From positions 2,332,436 through 2,396,435 of the forward strand of contig SMSO01000031.1 of assembly GCA_004764695.1 (NCBI GenBank): a stretch of DNA of 64,000 nt, read 5' to 3'. The translations under genes were made by a program, and so were the position numbers. Shown here in pieces: positions 36,101-47,360 of this stretch. This stretch comes from Schizochytrium sp. TIO01. Its lineage: Eukaryota; Protista; Bigyra: Labyrinthulomycetes. Position 1 is the first letter of the stretch. The number at the start of each line of letters is the position of its first letter. A model generated the notes under the pieces. That model saw nothing but the letters and a program-made list of their open reading frames with translations, did no database searches and had not been told where the DNA came from.

Positions 36101-38440
36101 CAAGCCAGTATTAAGGTACAAAGGGCAGCACGAGTGCGTTTGGCCCGTCGAAAACTCGCAAAGAAACGTGAAGGCGTTGCCGAGCGTGAGCGCGCAGCAA
36201 CTAAACTGCAATGCATGTGGCGAGCCAAACAAGGTAGTTTAGCTGTGCACTTGCTTCGCAGTGCTAAACGAATGGCTATCACTGAAAAGGCTGCCCTCAA
36301 AGTTCAAGCAATTTGGCGTGGCCGACGTGGCAAACTGGCTGTGCAAATGATACGCCAAGCAAGAGCAGCACAATCCGCAGCTGAGGAAGCTGCTGCTGAG
36401 CGAATGCAATGTATGCTTCGCAAACGTTTGGCTCGGAGAAAGGTGGTCCAAATGCGCGAGGAAAAAGAAGATCTTGTCCGACGGCAACATGATCTCGATG
36501 AATGGGCTGCTGTGTTGGTACAGAAGCATTATCGTGGTCGTATTGGTCGCAAACGTGCAAATATATTTCGCGAAGAACGGAAGCGACGTTGGAAACAGAT
36601 GCACGACATGGCGCAAGATCGTCCATTCTACTACAACCAAGATACGGGTGAGGTACGATGGCGTATGCCCCAAGACATGCTTGATTTGCTACCAAGACCT
36701 ATTTGTACAAATTGTGAGTCAGTTGACGCTTATGTTGAATGCGGAGTGTGCACAGAATACTTTTGTGAAGCTTGCTGGGATCAGGTACACTATGGCGGCT
36801 TCCGTAAGGAGCATATATTTCGTGCTTTGTACGATGCTTATGAGAAGCGCATCGACTATGGAGATGGTGAATGGCCTTCAATATGGCCCACTGAAATTGA
36901 GCAAGACGACCGCCTTGGATGGCATCGCTTAAAGAGAGCTGAACAGCTTGAGCAGGGCGAACCCGTGACTGCGGGAATTCCAGGTCTTGACCCAAATGCT
37001 GATGTTGTGGAAGCTGCCACACGTCAAAAGCTAGAAAAGCTCAAACCAAAGAGCAAGTCAGGCAAGAGGAAACCTGCGCATAAGACAGATGAGGAGGAAA
37101 GTGAAGATGGAGATATGGGTTCCGAGGACGGGGATGATGAATCATTGCAGTCTAGTACAGCATTGAGCCCGAGACAATCATCGCTATGGCAAAAGCTTTG
37201 GGATCATGAAAACGAAAGGGAGATTTATCTTCACCGAAAGAAGCAGAGAGTGAAGTTCTCAAGGCCGCAAGGTTATGAGTCTCCTCGCGAAGAGCACTGT
37301 TGGAAAGAATATGTTGATGATACGTATCACATCCCATACTGGTATAACTATCGCACTGGGGTTTCAACTTACGAAAACCCATTGGAACGTTCGAAGGAAA
37401 AGTCACAAGAAGAAAAAGAGGAAGAGGCAGAGAAACAGCATGAGATCCCCGATCCGATTTGGTCAAAACTTTTTGAAGAGCACACTGGGCGGGCATTCTA
37501 CCATAATTCTAAAACTGGTATTTCTGTCTACGAGCGTCCTGCAGAATACGAATCTCCACGCGAAGACATTAGCATCGTTCGTTCGCGTGAAGCCAATCCT
37601 ATATGGAGTCGATACGTGGAAGAGGACTCAGGAACTCCGTATTATTATAACCATGAGACTCATGTCTCGCAATTTGACCGTCCTCCTGGATACGAAACAC
37701 CTCGAGAAGATCGATGGATGAAGTTTTTTGATGAGTCTGCTGGGCGAGCCTATTACTACAACGAAACTTCGGGGGTTTCTCAATTTCTGCGTCCGGATGA
37801 GTTTGAGACACCGAGACCCGATGGATACGAGGAGGGTGCGAATGGCTGGATTAAATACGCTGACCCACAATCAGCTGCAATGTTATACGAGAATACCATC
37901 ACGGGGGTTATGCAATATGAGAGACCGTCAGACTTTGCCAAGCCAGTGGAGGATGAAACAGGTGGCGCGCCTACTAGAGAGGCTGGTTCATGGCAAGAAT
38001 TCCTTGAGCCTGTCACGCGTCGACACTACTATTACAATATTGTGACAGGAGAAAGCACGTATGAAACTCCACTTGAATTTAGAGAAGATGTTCACGGAGT
38101 GGAAGATGAGCTGAAGAATCTAGTCATTGAAGGAAACACAGCCTCTGAGGAACTTCTTCCGGAGTCACAGGAAATAGGTTTAGAATCGTTAGACTTCAAT
38201 GGCCAGCCTGTATCTGAAGTGGATGACTCATGGAAAACGAACGCGGACTGGACCTCGGAAGGCGTGCGAATATGGCTTAATAAATTTAAAGCACATGCCA
38301 ACTGTCTCGAGATGACGACCGTTCCGCTACGACCAGAGGTTCGCGAAATCGTGATTGCTATTTGCGATGAGCTTGAGTTCGACGTTATTTCTCATGGGTT
38401 CGGACGCAATCGCCCTCTTGTTATCTCTAAGATTGTTTAA
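33200..38440 (+). CDS. Multidomain protein: cysteine-containing (FBXL/AMN1-type) LRRs, about 11 IQ motifs, WW, B-box-type Zn finger, 7 tandem WW-like repeats, R3H-like C-terminus (1746 aa)
   Basis: Intronless 5.2-kb ORF. LxxLxLxxCxxITDxxLxxL repeats; AAxxIQxxWRGxxxR motifs; CTNC..CGVC...CEAC...H...H; W-x7-G-x2-YYYN-x2-TG-x3-(W/Y/F)-x2-P repeats. Confidence 0.9.
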   Translation: MEPKKVLRQTSRDETTSNGGPSGSSLPNKSRLRTNDATNSPAMQRLRIAADPKLQRQADHYEEEKARQWEEEQREEKHLALQDSANDDNEAPASSTNQRLVDKLVPDLSSIFKKVQEAAGLTLSEIPSALFDAEDIELAVWAALVNDSFLRKLARSNERRMRDGVPIGSQLRSAALDHRQGAVNLLANMYNNQSHKNTNPDEPAVESGDDSTADTHDAAAGTAIPAETPAAPALPKAEERVPFDGIRSLIIPHAYDITDAGLLSLARSCTNLRRLNIARCMNITDVAVRALAKQNKYLEEVDISQCPHVQGAGLVTIGECCNRLRILRLRECPASEEWLLKRIATGLPELREIDLSRSVKVTDDTIRTLASHCRSLEKVVLAYCRELSDVAVLALSEFCPGLEYLDLTRNALRHKITDVCLLSLAERCPALSTLLLAGNDFITDVGISWLASGCHALEKLTLNGLFKVSDAGMRALGDGCPELHWLDISGIKQVSDVGMRYLADGCKHLHRLECANVYMLTDGVQRDFGIEGLQALVSSCREIQYLNLTQCFQVGPRILRLLSEGIDPLTELKSPKLGHALRVLSLRNMPRVSASALEPLLSGQASTTLTKLDLAGCEGIKDRVMRIIGRYCQALEVLNVSNCMEISSRGVTAMCRVTPPGRPLRELNFAGCRHIGDLALLALSEARYDPGLEKLNLRQCESVSETGLAWLAEKIPSLLEINVFGCNAVSYRGLVALAGHWRYTHVQKGIQFLGIAPDEKCKDMRFIDEYGNVWKAAILIQNTYRARVARRETARRREIRLMHWTARRLQAYWRGRVARRYVILKRLQRNREIEAATRMQSMFRARQARKRAAIERERVYKIKCEQAAILIQNRWRSKLARDLLRAARLAHAKYMEKCNLAATRMQQIWRGRAGRKHFAFLRAMRLARMAEEEAAATKVQALLRGRRQRRKAEERKRLEALEEERRIQASIKVQRAARVRLARRKLAKKREGVAERERAATKLQCMWRAKQGSLAVHLLRSAKRMAITEKAALKVQAIWRGRRGKLAVQMIRQARAAQSAAEEAAAERMQCMLRKRLARRKVVQMREEKEDLVRRQHDLDEWAAVLVQKHYRGRIGRKRANIFREERKRRWKQMHDMAQDRPFYYNQDTGEVRWRMPQDMLDLLPRPICTNCESVDAYVECGVCTEYFCEACWDQVHYGGFRKEHIFRALYDAYEKRIDYGDGEWPSIWPTEIEQDDRLGWHRLKRAEQLEQGEPVTAGIPGLDPNADVVEAATRQKLEKLKPKSKSGKRKPAHKTDEEESEDGDMGSEDGDDESLQSSTALSPRQSSLWQKLWDHENEREIYLHRKKQRVKFSRPQGYESPREEHCWKEYVDDTYHIPYWYNYRTGVSTYENPLERSKEKSQEEKEEEAEKQHEIPDPIWSKLFEEHTGRAFYHNSKTGISVYERPAEYESPREDISIVRSREANPIWSRYVEEDSGTPYYYNHETHVSQFDRPPGYETPREDRWMKFFDESAGRAYYYNETSGVSQFLRPDEFETPRPDGYEEGANGWIKYADPQSAAMLYENTITGVMQYERPSDFAKPVEDETGGAPTREAGSWQEFLEPVTRRHYYYNIVTGESTYETPLEFREDVHGVEDELKNLVIEGNTASEELLPESQEIGLESLDFNGQPVSEVDDSWKTNADWTSEGVRIWLNKFKAHANCLEMTTVPLRPEVREIVIAICDELEFDVISHGFGRNRPLVISKIV

Positions 38441-39146
38441 AATTATGGTCCTTATGTATTTGTTTTTACTTCGCACACCTTTTACTGCAAATTGCGCACA
38501 TTAAAAAAGTTAATATGGCTGCTCAAATCAAAGGTATGCCAAGTGCCTCTGCAAATGCTTCTCCGATTATTTATGGTGTTCCTTCTATCGGGCTAGAGGA
38601 CTTTGAAGATCCTCGACTCTTGTGCAATGTACTAAAACTAGTTTTGAAAAAGTTAAAAAGTCTTGTTCAAAGATTTAAATGCAACTGATTTCTTCTCTTG
38701 ATTTACCTCCAAACGTGTTAATATCAGTTCATCTGGGTTGTGCATACAAATTCAATAAAAGGTTTAGTTGAGCAGTTGAACCTCATCATCGTAAATTTTG
38801 GTCGTTTTTGACCTCTTTGTGTGCAGTGTATCCGTTAATGTATACAATATGATTTGACCGTTTACTAAGGATGAAAGAAGTTGACCATCTACCTTACTCA
38901 ATCGATTGCCAACGAGACCAATTTAAAAGACTAGAACAGGGCGAAATAGTTGTGTTACATTAAATCACAAGGTCTCTGCACCACCGCGCGAGGTTCTGTC
39001 TTCGTACGCCAACGTGCTCACGCGGTGCACTGTGTGGCAAATCTTGCGCATCAGGCAGCCGTAACAAAAGCGTAAAAGTCTCTCGGTCGAAGCACGCAAG
39101 AGCGTGGTATCTAAGGCTTCTAAATAGACTTCTGCACGGCATCATC

Positions 39147-41259
39147 ATGGACCCTGTGGAGCTTGAGCATGTGGTTGGCTTTTCTGGTGAGCACAGTAAA
39201 GTATTATGCGGCCATCCCAAAAACGAGGATTTGTGCTTGATGGGGTAAGTTGAATAATTTGTACTATACTTAACAGCTCACGCAGGCATGCAGTATGAAG
39301 AGTTCCTTAAACATATATTGAAGAAGGTACAGAAGTCAAAGTCCTCTTTGTAACTAATGAGCCAGGAATGTGGAGTGATTACAATTTTGACTTTAAGTTT
39401 TATACTGACAACACGATTGCTTCTGTTTGTGAATCAGAATGGGCTGTAATGTAGTTATTCAGGACCTCCGTGATGACCATAATCAACGATTTCTCCAGGG
39501 TCATGACGAGACAGTATCCGTAGTGGCTGTATCTGCGAAAGGAACTTTAGCAGCCTCGGGACAAGAAGGCTCCCGGCGTATGGCAGTTCCAGAAGCCCAG
39601 ATTATTGTATGGGATCTTGCACAACAAGTCGATGTTTATCGGCTGAAAGGAATCCGCCAATGCGTTATGTGTCTGGCCTTCTCTGGCGACGAGGTATTTT
39701 TGGCAGGCTCCGGTCGTGATGGTTCGTTATACGTGTGGGATATGCAAACTGGCGAGATTATCTCAAGCATGGGTATGGCAGGTATGGTACCAACAGCCCT
39801 CTTTTGGGGTCCTCCTCACCGATCTGAGAATTCACGAAGGCCAGAGTACATGCTGTATGCAACTGTAGGTCCCCAAGTGGTTGCGTTCCAGCTTCGATAC
39901 TCTGTTGGTAACATGCAATATGAGGTACAAAAGATTCCTTTCCGACTACCTGCTGGCTTAATTCGTGAGTACCTAGACGTTTGTTTGTCCCCTTGCGGAG
40001 AAACACTTATGCTTTGCACAAGTGTTGGCGATGTCAACGTCTACCAGCTAGAGTCACAGGTTTATCGTGCAAGCTTTCCAGTATGTAGTGGAGGGGCGAA
40101 GAGTATGTGTGCAGCGGGGGTGTTTGTGTTTGTAGGTGGTGGGGATGGAACGATCAAGCGGCTTACAGGTCGTGGTTCAGAATGGCGGCTTGATGGCGAG
40201 ACTTCTGTGGAAGGGTCTGTGACAAGTCTTTCCGCTTGTGGACCAGATCGCTTGCTCGTGGGTACTAGTGCAGGGTTTTGCTATGAGATGGATACAGAGT
40301 CACTGAAGATCCTTCGCGCCATTCAGAGCGAGACTGCTCCGGTCGTTGCCTTATCGTTTAAGCCCTCAAGCTCGATTCGATTTGCTACTGTCAACCAGGG
40401 CGGCGTGGTGCGTTTGTGGGATTTGTCTGATTACTCTGTGGTTATGCAAGCACAGCCGCGGCACCGGGACATGGGAACATGCGTAGTCTTCGATGAAGAA
40501 TCAAACGAGATTATTGCTGGCTTTGCATCGGGTGCAGTTCGCGCATGGCCAGAGATGAAATCTGACGCTGCTCCTATGTCTTGGGAGATTGCCACAGCCC
40601 ATCGTGACGGGGTTTCTTCCGTTTGTGCAACTAAATTGTATTATGCCACCGGTGGCACGCGTGGCGGTGTCCGCCTATGGGCTCGCTCATCTCGAACCCA
40701 GCTTTTTGAGTTTTCTGACCATGTGCATAGACCAGTGACTTGTGTTTTGCCTGATTGTCGTGCTGCGCACCTTTTGCACTCATGCGGTGAGGATCGTAGC
40801 ATTTTCACATATGATTTGAAAAAGGAGCGCAGAATGGTACAACATCAGCTCGGGCAGCAAGGCGGTATTCCCAACTCGATGACACAGCGACTTGATAGTG
40901 AGAATGAGCTTATTACTGCTAGTTCTGATGGACGCATCTGCACTTGGGATTTCGATCTCGATGAGCCAGTGTCAGAGGTTTCTGTGCAAGGTACACGGGC
41001 ATTGAGTTTTACAGCTGTGCGTGTTTCACCGGCTAACGGAGCATATCTTGCAGCCGCTGCTTCAGATGGTCGTTTGCGAATTTGGGCTTTAAGCTCGGGC
41101 CGTTTGGTAGCCACTTCTGCAGAGAATACTCTGTCGGGAATTCAAGACCTTGCTTGGAGTCCTGATCAAAAGCAGCTTGTCGCCGTTGCCGCTGACAAAT
41201 GCATTGCTATCTGGAATGTCTATCTTGATGATGGTGATGAGGGTTCAGGGCACAAGTGA
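39147..41259 (+). CDS. WD40-repeat protein, CFAP52/WDR16-like (cilia/flagella-associated); exons 39147-39244 and 39438-41259, 639 aa
   Basis: Exon 1 MDPVELEHVVGFSGEHSKVLCGHP resembles the CFAP52/EML-type N-terminus (LELxxVIGFxG). Donor gg|GTAAGT at 39245, branch TACTGAC near 39402, acceptor cag| at 39437; phase 2 joins in frame to MGCNVVIQD..FLQGHD..ASGQ. WD repeats run throughout. Confidence 0.85.
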
Positions 41260-42346
41260 GTAAACTTGTTCAACCTTTTTACCTATTGTTCATGAGTTGC
41301 CAGTGTTGGCGCCACTTTAAATGACTATGAAATTCACTCCACTTGGACCTGCTGAACGAATATACAATGAAACGTTTTCATTTTTACACATATAAATATA
41401 TTTTGCAATTTGAATGTGCTTTAGAAGAACATAGCATAATACAAGATTCATCATTCCATAAAGATAAAAAGCTTTTCCTTTCTTTTTTTGGGGGGGGAGG
41501 GGGGCAGGGGGTTCAGATACTTCGTCCGTCACTACTCCCAAAGTAGGTATCCTATGAATGATGCATACATTCTTGTTTGAAATTAGAACAGGTCTATTCG
41601 AAATGAACTTTGCACCTTTTCATTTATTCATTCTTTCATTTATATGCTTTTCGATACTGAAATTACATTCCTGAGGTGTATTTTAAAAAATTAAAAAAGC
41701 ACATTAAAACTTGAAACATACTTAGGCTATGTTATTTTAATTTTAGTTTAATTTAATATAAAAGTATCTATATGTACCTAGCATCCTACTCTATATGACA
41801 TAAAAGGAAAAAAAAGAAGATGAAAATCGTGTTCTGCTTCCTTTGCCCAGTTTGAGGGGTCGCCGACGGTTCAACGCGAGAACAATTTGCGCGGTTCCAG
41901 GCACCTCCTGCACGCACTCCTCGTGTGGACCAGAACTTTTCCCCTATTACTATCAGCTTGTATGCATGTCGCACTTACGTATCTTAAAATATAAGATCAT
42001 AGTACAATACCATCTCGTGCCATCTAATCTTCAACTTCTGCGGGGGGATCATGCTGAGTCCTGTAAGTGGGTAGCTATGTAGCTAGCTAGTGTGGCTCTA
42101 GATAAGACGGTAATTTGCCTATAAGATTTGCAAAACTTGCATTTCTGATGGCGACTAAGGCCTCAAGAACCAGCCCGCGGCTCGAAGACAATGCTTCGTT
42201 CATGTCCTTGGACAAGCAGCGCAAATGAACGGTGTTCCGAGCTTGTCTAGATGGCACCGCATTCATTGCACCATTGTGAGGCGCAGGCCTCTCGAGGTTT
42301 CAAGTGTAGCACAAGGATAACACCGTACTTTTCACAGAGCCAACGT

Positions 42347-42383
<37 letters not shown>

Positions 42384-43737
42384 TTCGCTCGCTCTGCCTT
42401 TCGCAGCATAGGTGCGCTCAACGTCGTCACTAATGCACTTGCGGTTGAGTGATGGAGCGGGCAGGAGTACGCTCAGCGGCGAGGCCGGTCGAGCCAACCT
42501 CACTCCGAGCCCTCGTCGGCTGCTGTTTAATTCTTCTTCTTCTTCTTCTTCTTCGAGTTTGCTGGGTCTAGGATCGTCACCAGGATCTCGAGATCTCTGC
42601 TCTGAAAGATGATGCTTCGGCAAGAGACTCCGAGCGAGACTGACGCAAAGACCGACTGCCCAGACATAGCGAGCTTAAGAAGGTAGTTAAAGTATAAGAG
42701 TAGGAGGTACGCGCGAAGAGACAGTGATCGATTTGGAGCGCAGGTAAGATTCACAAAACTAGTTACAACATTATCACACCATATGACAGACATGTTCAAG
42801 GACAAAAGAGCAGTAAGAGCAGTAGAAGCAGTAGTAGTGCAGGTAGTAGAAGTAGTATGAATAGCGGTCAGGATACCAGAGAAACAAGAAAGCAGAGAGT
42901 ACGTTCGTGCGTAAAAGTCAGGTCCAAGAAGAAGCAGCTGTATACTTAGCTGGCATGCATCAGCGCCATTGTCTTGGACAGCAATGGCCTCATGGTCATC
43001 ATCATCGTCGTCGTCGTCGTTGATGAGCAGTGGAAAGGGGGTTTGGAGAGAGCAGCAGTGAAGAACACATGTTCTTCGTATTTCATCCGTTGCTCTCCGC
43101 AGTAAACTCCTTCCAAAAGAAAATGCGAAGGATAAAGAAAAGAGAAGAAAAGACTCGAGAGGAAAAAGAAACTAGGAAACAGAGATCCACAGAAATGAGC
43201 TCAACTCGCAGTGGGCAGCAGCACCAGCAGCAGTGGCAGCAAATGGGCAACAAAGGCAGCGACAAGAATGTGACATCACACACCTTCATGAAGATAATCA
43301 CGCGCTTATTGCGCGCTCTAGGTTGCTCTTTGCATCTTGAGCAAACTTCGGCAGCAAATGGAAGCACTCCTGAGGGAGTGTCCGGAGGCCACATGAGGGC
43401 TCCGGGCGCTTGAGAAAATTCATTCGTTCGTGAAACTGTAGTCGAATGGAGAGAAACGGAAAAACAGGCAGGCAGGCAGGCAGGCAGCAATACGAATATT
43501 GCAAATAGACTCGCAGATGGATGCATGTAAATGCAAACACGCAAGAACACTAGCAGCATAAGAATTCTGGCGTGCGTAAAGTACCAAGAGACCAAATTGG
43601 CAGCAGAACTTGTCAAACTACCCGCAATAGAGACGCCATGAGGCTGGCATTAGTAACAAGAGCTACGTGCAGCAGTAGCAGCAGCAGCAGCAGCAGAAAC
43701 TCTTCTCATGATAGGCTAAACTTTGTCCGTCAAAATT

Positions 43738-44277
43738 TTAGGCAGTGGTTTGGCCTTCGATGATGTTTACAACCGGGAGCTCGTTCATAGCAGAGAGTCT
43801 CACACGGTGAAACCTTGCACCTCGTGCTCGAAGCGACCTTGGCGAAAGCTCTGTGTTCGCATCCTGAGGATTAGGACTTCTCTGCGCTGTTGAGCCTGGC
43901 ATCTCTGCAAATGGTTGCAGCGGTACTCCGTTTCGCGGTGAAAACCCGAAAGGAGATGATCTCGGGGACCTTTGCAGACGAAAACCACCTCTTGGACTCA
44001 TGCCGGTGGACGTCGGGGAGGCGGTTGGTGTAGAGGAATACGACGCAACCGAAGTCCTGCGTCCACGCCCAGTTCTTCCGAGGCCATCATCTTCGTGGTG
44101 GACTCCGAGTTGAGAGGTCTGGGCACCAACCTCATCCTCTCGAGCTTCTGCAGATCTCGCGCTGTGAAGGTAGCCTTCGTCTTCGTCAAACTGAGTCTGC
44201 ACCCTCAGCCTCCGCTGCTCCGCGCGAGAGGTCTGCCCCGACTCGGATTGTTCATCGTCCGCACGCTTGACTTGCAT
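43738..44277 (-). CDS. Hypothetical Ser/Pro/Arg-rich, probably disordered protein (about 179 aa)
   Basis: ATG at 44277 in an aaccATG context after an (AAAACY)n leader. Non-repetitive ORF with many SP/SPR motifs. No family recognised. Confidence 0.5.
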   Translation of the reverse strand: MQVKRADDEQSESGQTSRAEQRRLRVQTQFDEDEGYLHSARSAEAREDEVGAQTSQLGVHHEDDGLGRTGRGRRTSVASYSSTPTASPTSTGMSPRGGFRLQRSPRSSPFGFSPRNGVPLQPFAEMPGSTAQRSPNPQDANTELSPRSLRARGARFHRVRLSAMNELPVVNIIEGQTTA

Positions 44278-47082
44278 GGTTTTAGTTTTGGTTTTGGTTT
44301 TAGTTTTTGCACCTCTTTTTCTTTTGCTTTGTCTTTTTCGAGTCTTCCCCCGATGCTTGATCACTGATTCCTGATGTCCACTTCAGCACAAAACCGGAAG
44401 GCGCTTTTTCTTTGCGAGCTTGAGGCGTCCGCCGTCCGTACGGAAGCAGTGCACCACCTGCCACCAAGCGTAGACTCGCCAGGCTTCTCGTTCTCCGTTC
44501 TGGCCTGACGGAGATCTTGCGCGAAGGACCCTGAGCGGAGTGAATAATACTTTTGATTAGAAAATATTAGATAGATGGATGGATGGATGTATGTATCCCT
44601 ATGCCTTTGCCTTTCTCCTTTGGCCCTGAGGCTTCAACGTTCACTGCTGAGTTACGTCTTCTTTCCACCGCGACAGGGCTGGCTGGCGCTGGCGGCGTCG
44701 ATCTGCGAAGTGGGCTTGCTTTCGGTTTTGCCTGTCGCTTCGGTCGTGTGTGTTTGGGTTCTGATGGCCACTCTGTTCTCGAGTATTCCTTTTTTCTTTT
44801 TTCTTTTCTTTCCTTACTCTTCAGTGCTGCTGTAAGTAAACAAAAGGCACTAAATCAAAGGAGGGTTTAAAAAGAAAAGAAAAGAAAACGAAAAAGAAAA
44901 CGAAAACGAAAACGAAGAAAAAAGGAAAAAGTAATTTGGCAAGAACCGCGCTTTATTCTCTCTGTTGCCCCTTCCCTTCGTTCGGAGAGAGCGGCGCTGC
45001 GCCGCCCCGTCTCGTGCAAGGCCTCGTGCAGCGCGAGCTAGCTACGGAGCCCAGCCTGACTTCTCTCCAGTGTCTCGCCAGCCTCGGCCCTTGCCCACTT
45101 CGCGCGTCTCTGCTAGCTAGATCGCTCTAGCTTCGGACGCGGTTTCCCGGCACTTGAAGAGGACAGACAGTCAAATCAATCAATCAATGCGAGACGGCCA
45201 AGAAGAAAGGAAAGGAACTAAACTCGTCTACGCTCGAGGGAATTGGCTGGTCGCCCCTGAGCTGCCTTTGGGTGGGCGGTGCCGCTGGCTGGGCCGCCTC
45301 CCTCTTGCCTCGTAAGTCTTCGAGGGCTGGCGTGTTGTCTGCCTCTCCTTTTGCTGGCTGGTGTCGGGATCTCCTTATCTTCGGGACTTTGATTGATTTT
45401 AATGTTCTGTTCTGCTTTATCTAATTAATCCTTCGACTTGTTGGGATTCTCGAGGACAATCGAAGGTGTACATTAGTGTTTACGCTACTTGCTGGGTCTT
45501 CGGACACTCTCAGTATTATCTATCTCCTTTTCCTCATTTCCTTTAAACAAAAAGAAGAAGAAGGAAAGAGAAGAAAGTAAAATCTTTTCTTTATTTCCAT
45601 GAATTTCCATTAACTTTATAATGCGAAAACTTGAGAAGGGAGGGAGGTAAATCACAGAATTAGACCAAAGCTAAGTCGGACTTGAAAGCTTGTGCGGCCT
45701 TCTCTCTTTGTCCGAGTGTCTGACAATATGCGCTGTCACGCCCCGATCATCCTTCCTCTGGTCAGCGCCTCTCTGACTTGCGGTCTGTCTACACTGGGCC
45801 GCTCTTCCGACTTGCCTTCCTTCTCATTTATTTATCACGCTGCATTTTCCTCTTTCTTTTTCTTTTCTCTTTTCTTCGACGCTGTTCAACATTCCAAAAG
45901 CTTAAAAGTTTTCATAAAAGCAATGCCATCCAAGTCCAAAGGCCGCATTTCTCTCCTCGTGTACCCAACGAGGTATACATACATGTGTGTGCGTATATAT
46001 CCAGGCCCCTAAGCATCGACTTTTTGACTTTGACTTTGGTCTTAAACTTTGATTTTCATCTTGATTTTCATTTTGTCTTCTTCTAGTTTTCGTTTCTTTC
46101 GCCAAGCAGGTGGTGGTTGTTTCGAGATGAACGCAAGCTTTCAATCCCTCTGAGTTTGCTTTCTTTCTTTCGGCGCCTCATTATCGGCCTCCCTAAGCTT
46201 GCTCAGGGAGACCGCGCTTGTACACAGTTGTAGGGCCGATTATACGCTTGTACTCTTTACTTATACGCTTGCACTGTTTACTTGTGCACTTGTACTCCCT
46301 ATTTATACACTTGTACTACAACGCCTCTCGATGCGTTTTGCAAGTTTGCATGATTGATCAGATTAGATTAGAATAGATTAGAATAGATTAGAGCAGAGCA
46401 GAGTAGTGCTTGACTCGCTCTCTCTCTCTCACTCGCGCTCAATCGGTCATCACAGAAACCAAGTCGGCAGGACGCTCGGCCGTGTCTCAGGCCAGGACCA
46501 AGAGAAGAAAAGGCTGCTGCAGAGGGCAGAGCGAAGGCGGAGCGAGCGCTTTGGAGATGTATTTTTGGTTCTTCGCTTTGGATTCCTACCTGTGCTGTCG
46601 CTGCTACAGATGAGATGAGTGAGCGGACCACAGTTCTTTTACTTTGTTCGAAGAATCGCTTTGTGGTAGCTTGAGGCAATTCAGACTTGCTTATGCATCC
46701 GAAGCTGTCCGCTCGGCCTCGCGTCCCTGCTTATTCAAACTGAGTCGAGAGGAGGAGACGTCTCAGGCCAAGCTTTTGCGCAACAACTCCTTCTTCTGTC
46801 TTTTAGTTCGTTCGTTCGTTCATTCGTTCATTCATTAAACTATCTATCAAGGGAAAAAGGAAAAGGAAAAGGAATGGAAATAAATTAATTTCGCTTAATT
46901 CTCTTGTGAGGAAGCACTTCGACTCAACTTGCTTAGGGAAAGGCAAGGCCCTGTCTGCTGCTGGCGCTTAGGGCGATCAATAACCGCCAGGCGACCTGCG
47001 ATTATGTCCCGTTTCATGCTCAGAGGAGCGACGGAGCGACTCGAGAGTGCCTCCTCTTCTCTCTTCAAGTTTTATTTATTAT

Positions 47083-47351
47083 GTTTGTTTGTTTGTTTGT
47101 TTGTTTGTTTGTTTGTTTGTTTGTTTGTTTGTTTGTTTGTTTGTTTGTTTGTTTGTTTGTTTGTTTGTTTGTTTGTTTGTTTGTTTGTTTGTTTGTTTGT
47201 TTGTTTGTTTGTTTGTTTGTTTGTTTGTTTGTTTGTTTGTTTGTTTGTTTGTTTGTTTGTTTGTTTGTTTGTTTGTTTGTTTGTTTGTTTGTTTGTTTGT
47301 TTGTTTGTTTGTTTGTTTGTTTGTTTGTTTGTTTGCATGTTTGTTTGTTTG
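47083..47351. repeat. Long (GTTT)n tetranucleotide microsatellite, about 63 uninterrupted copies
   Basis: Read directly. Confidence 0.98.
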
Positions 47352-47360
47352 CATCTTTCT

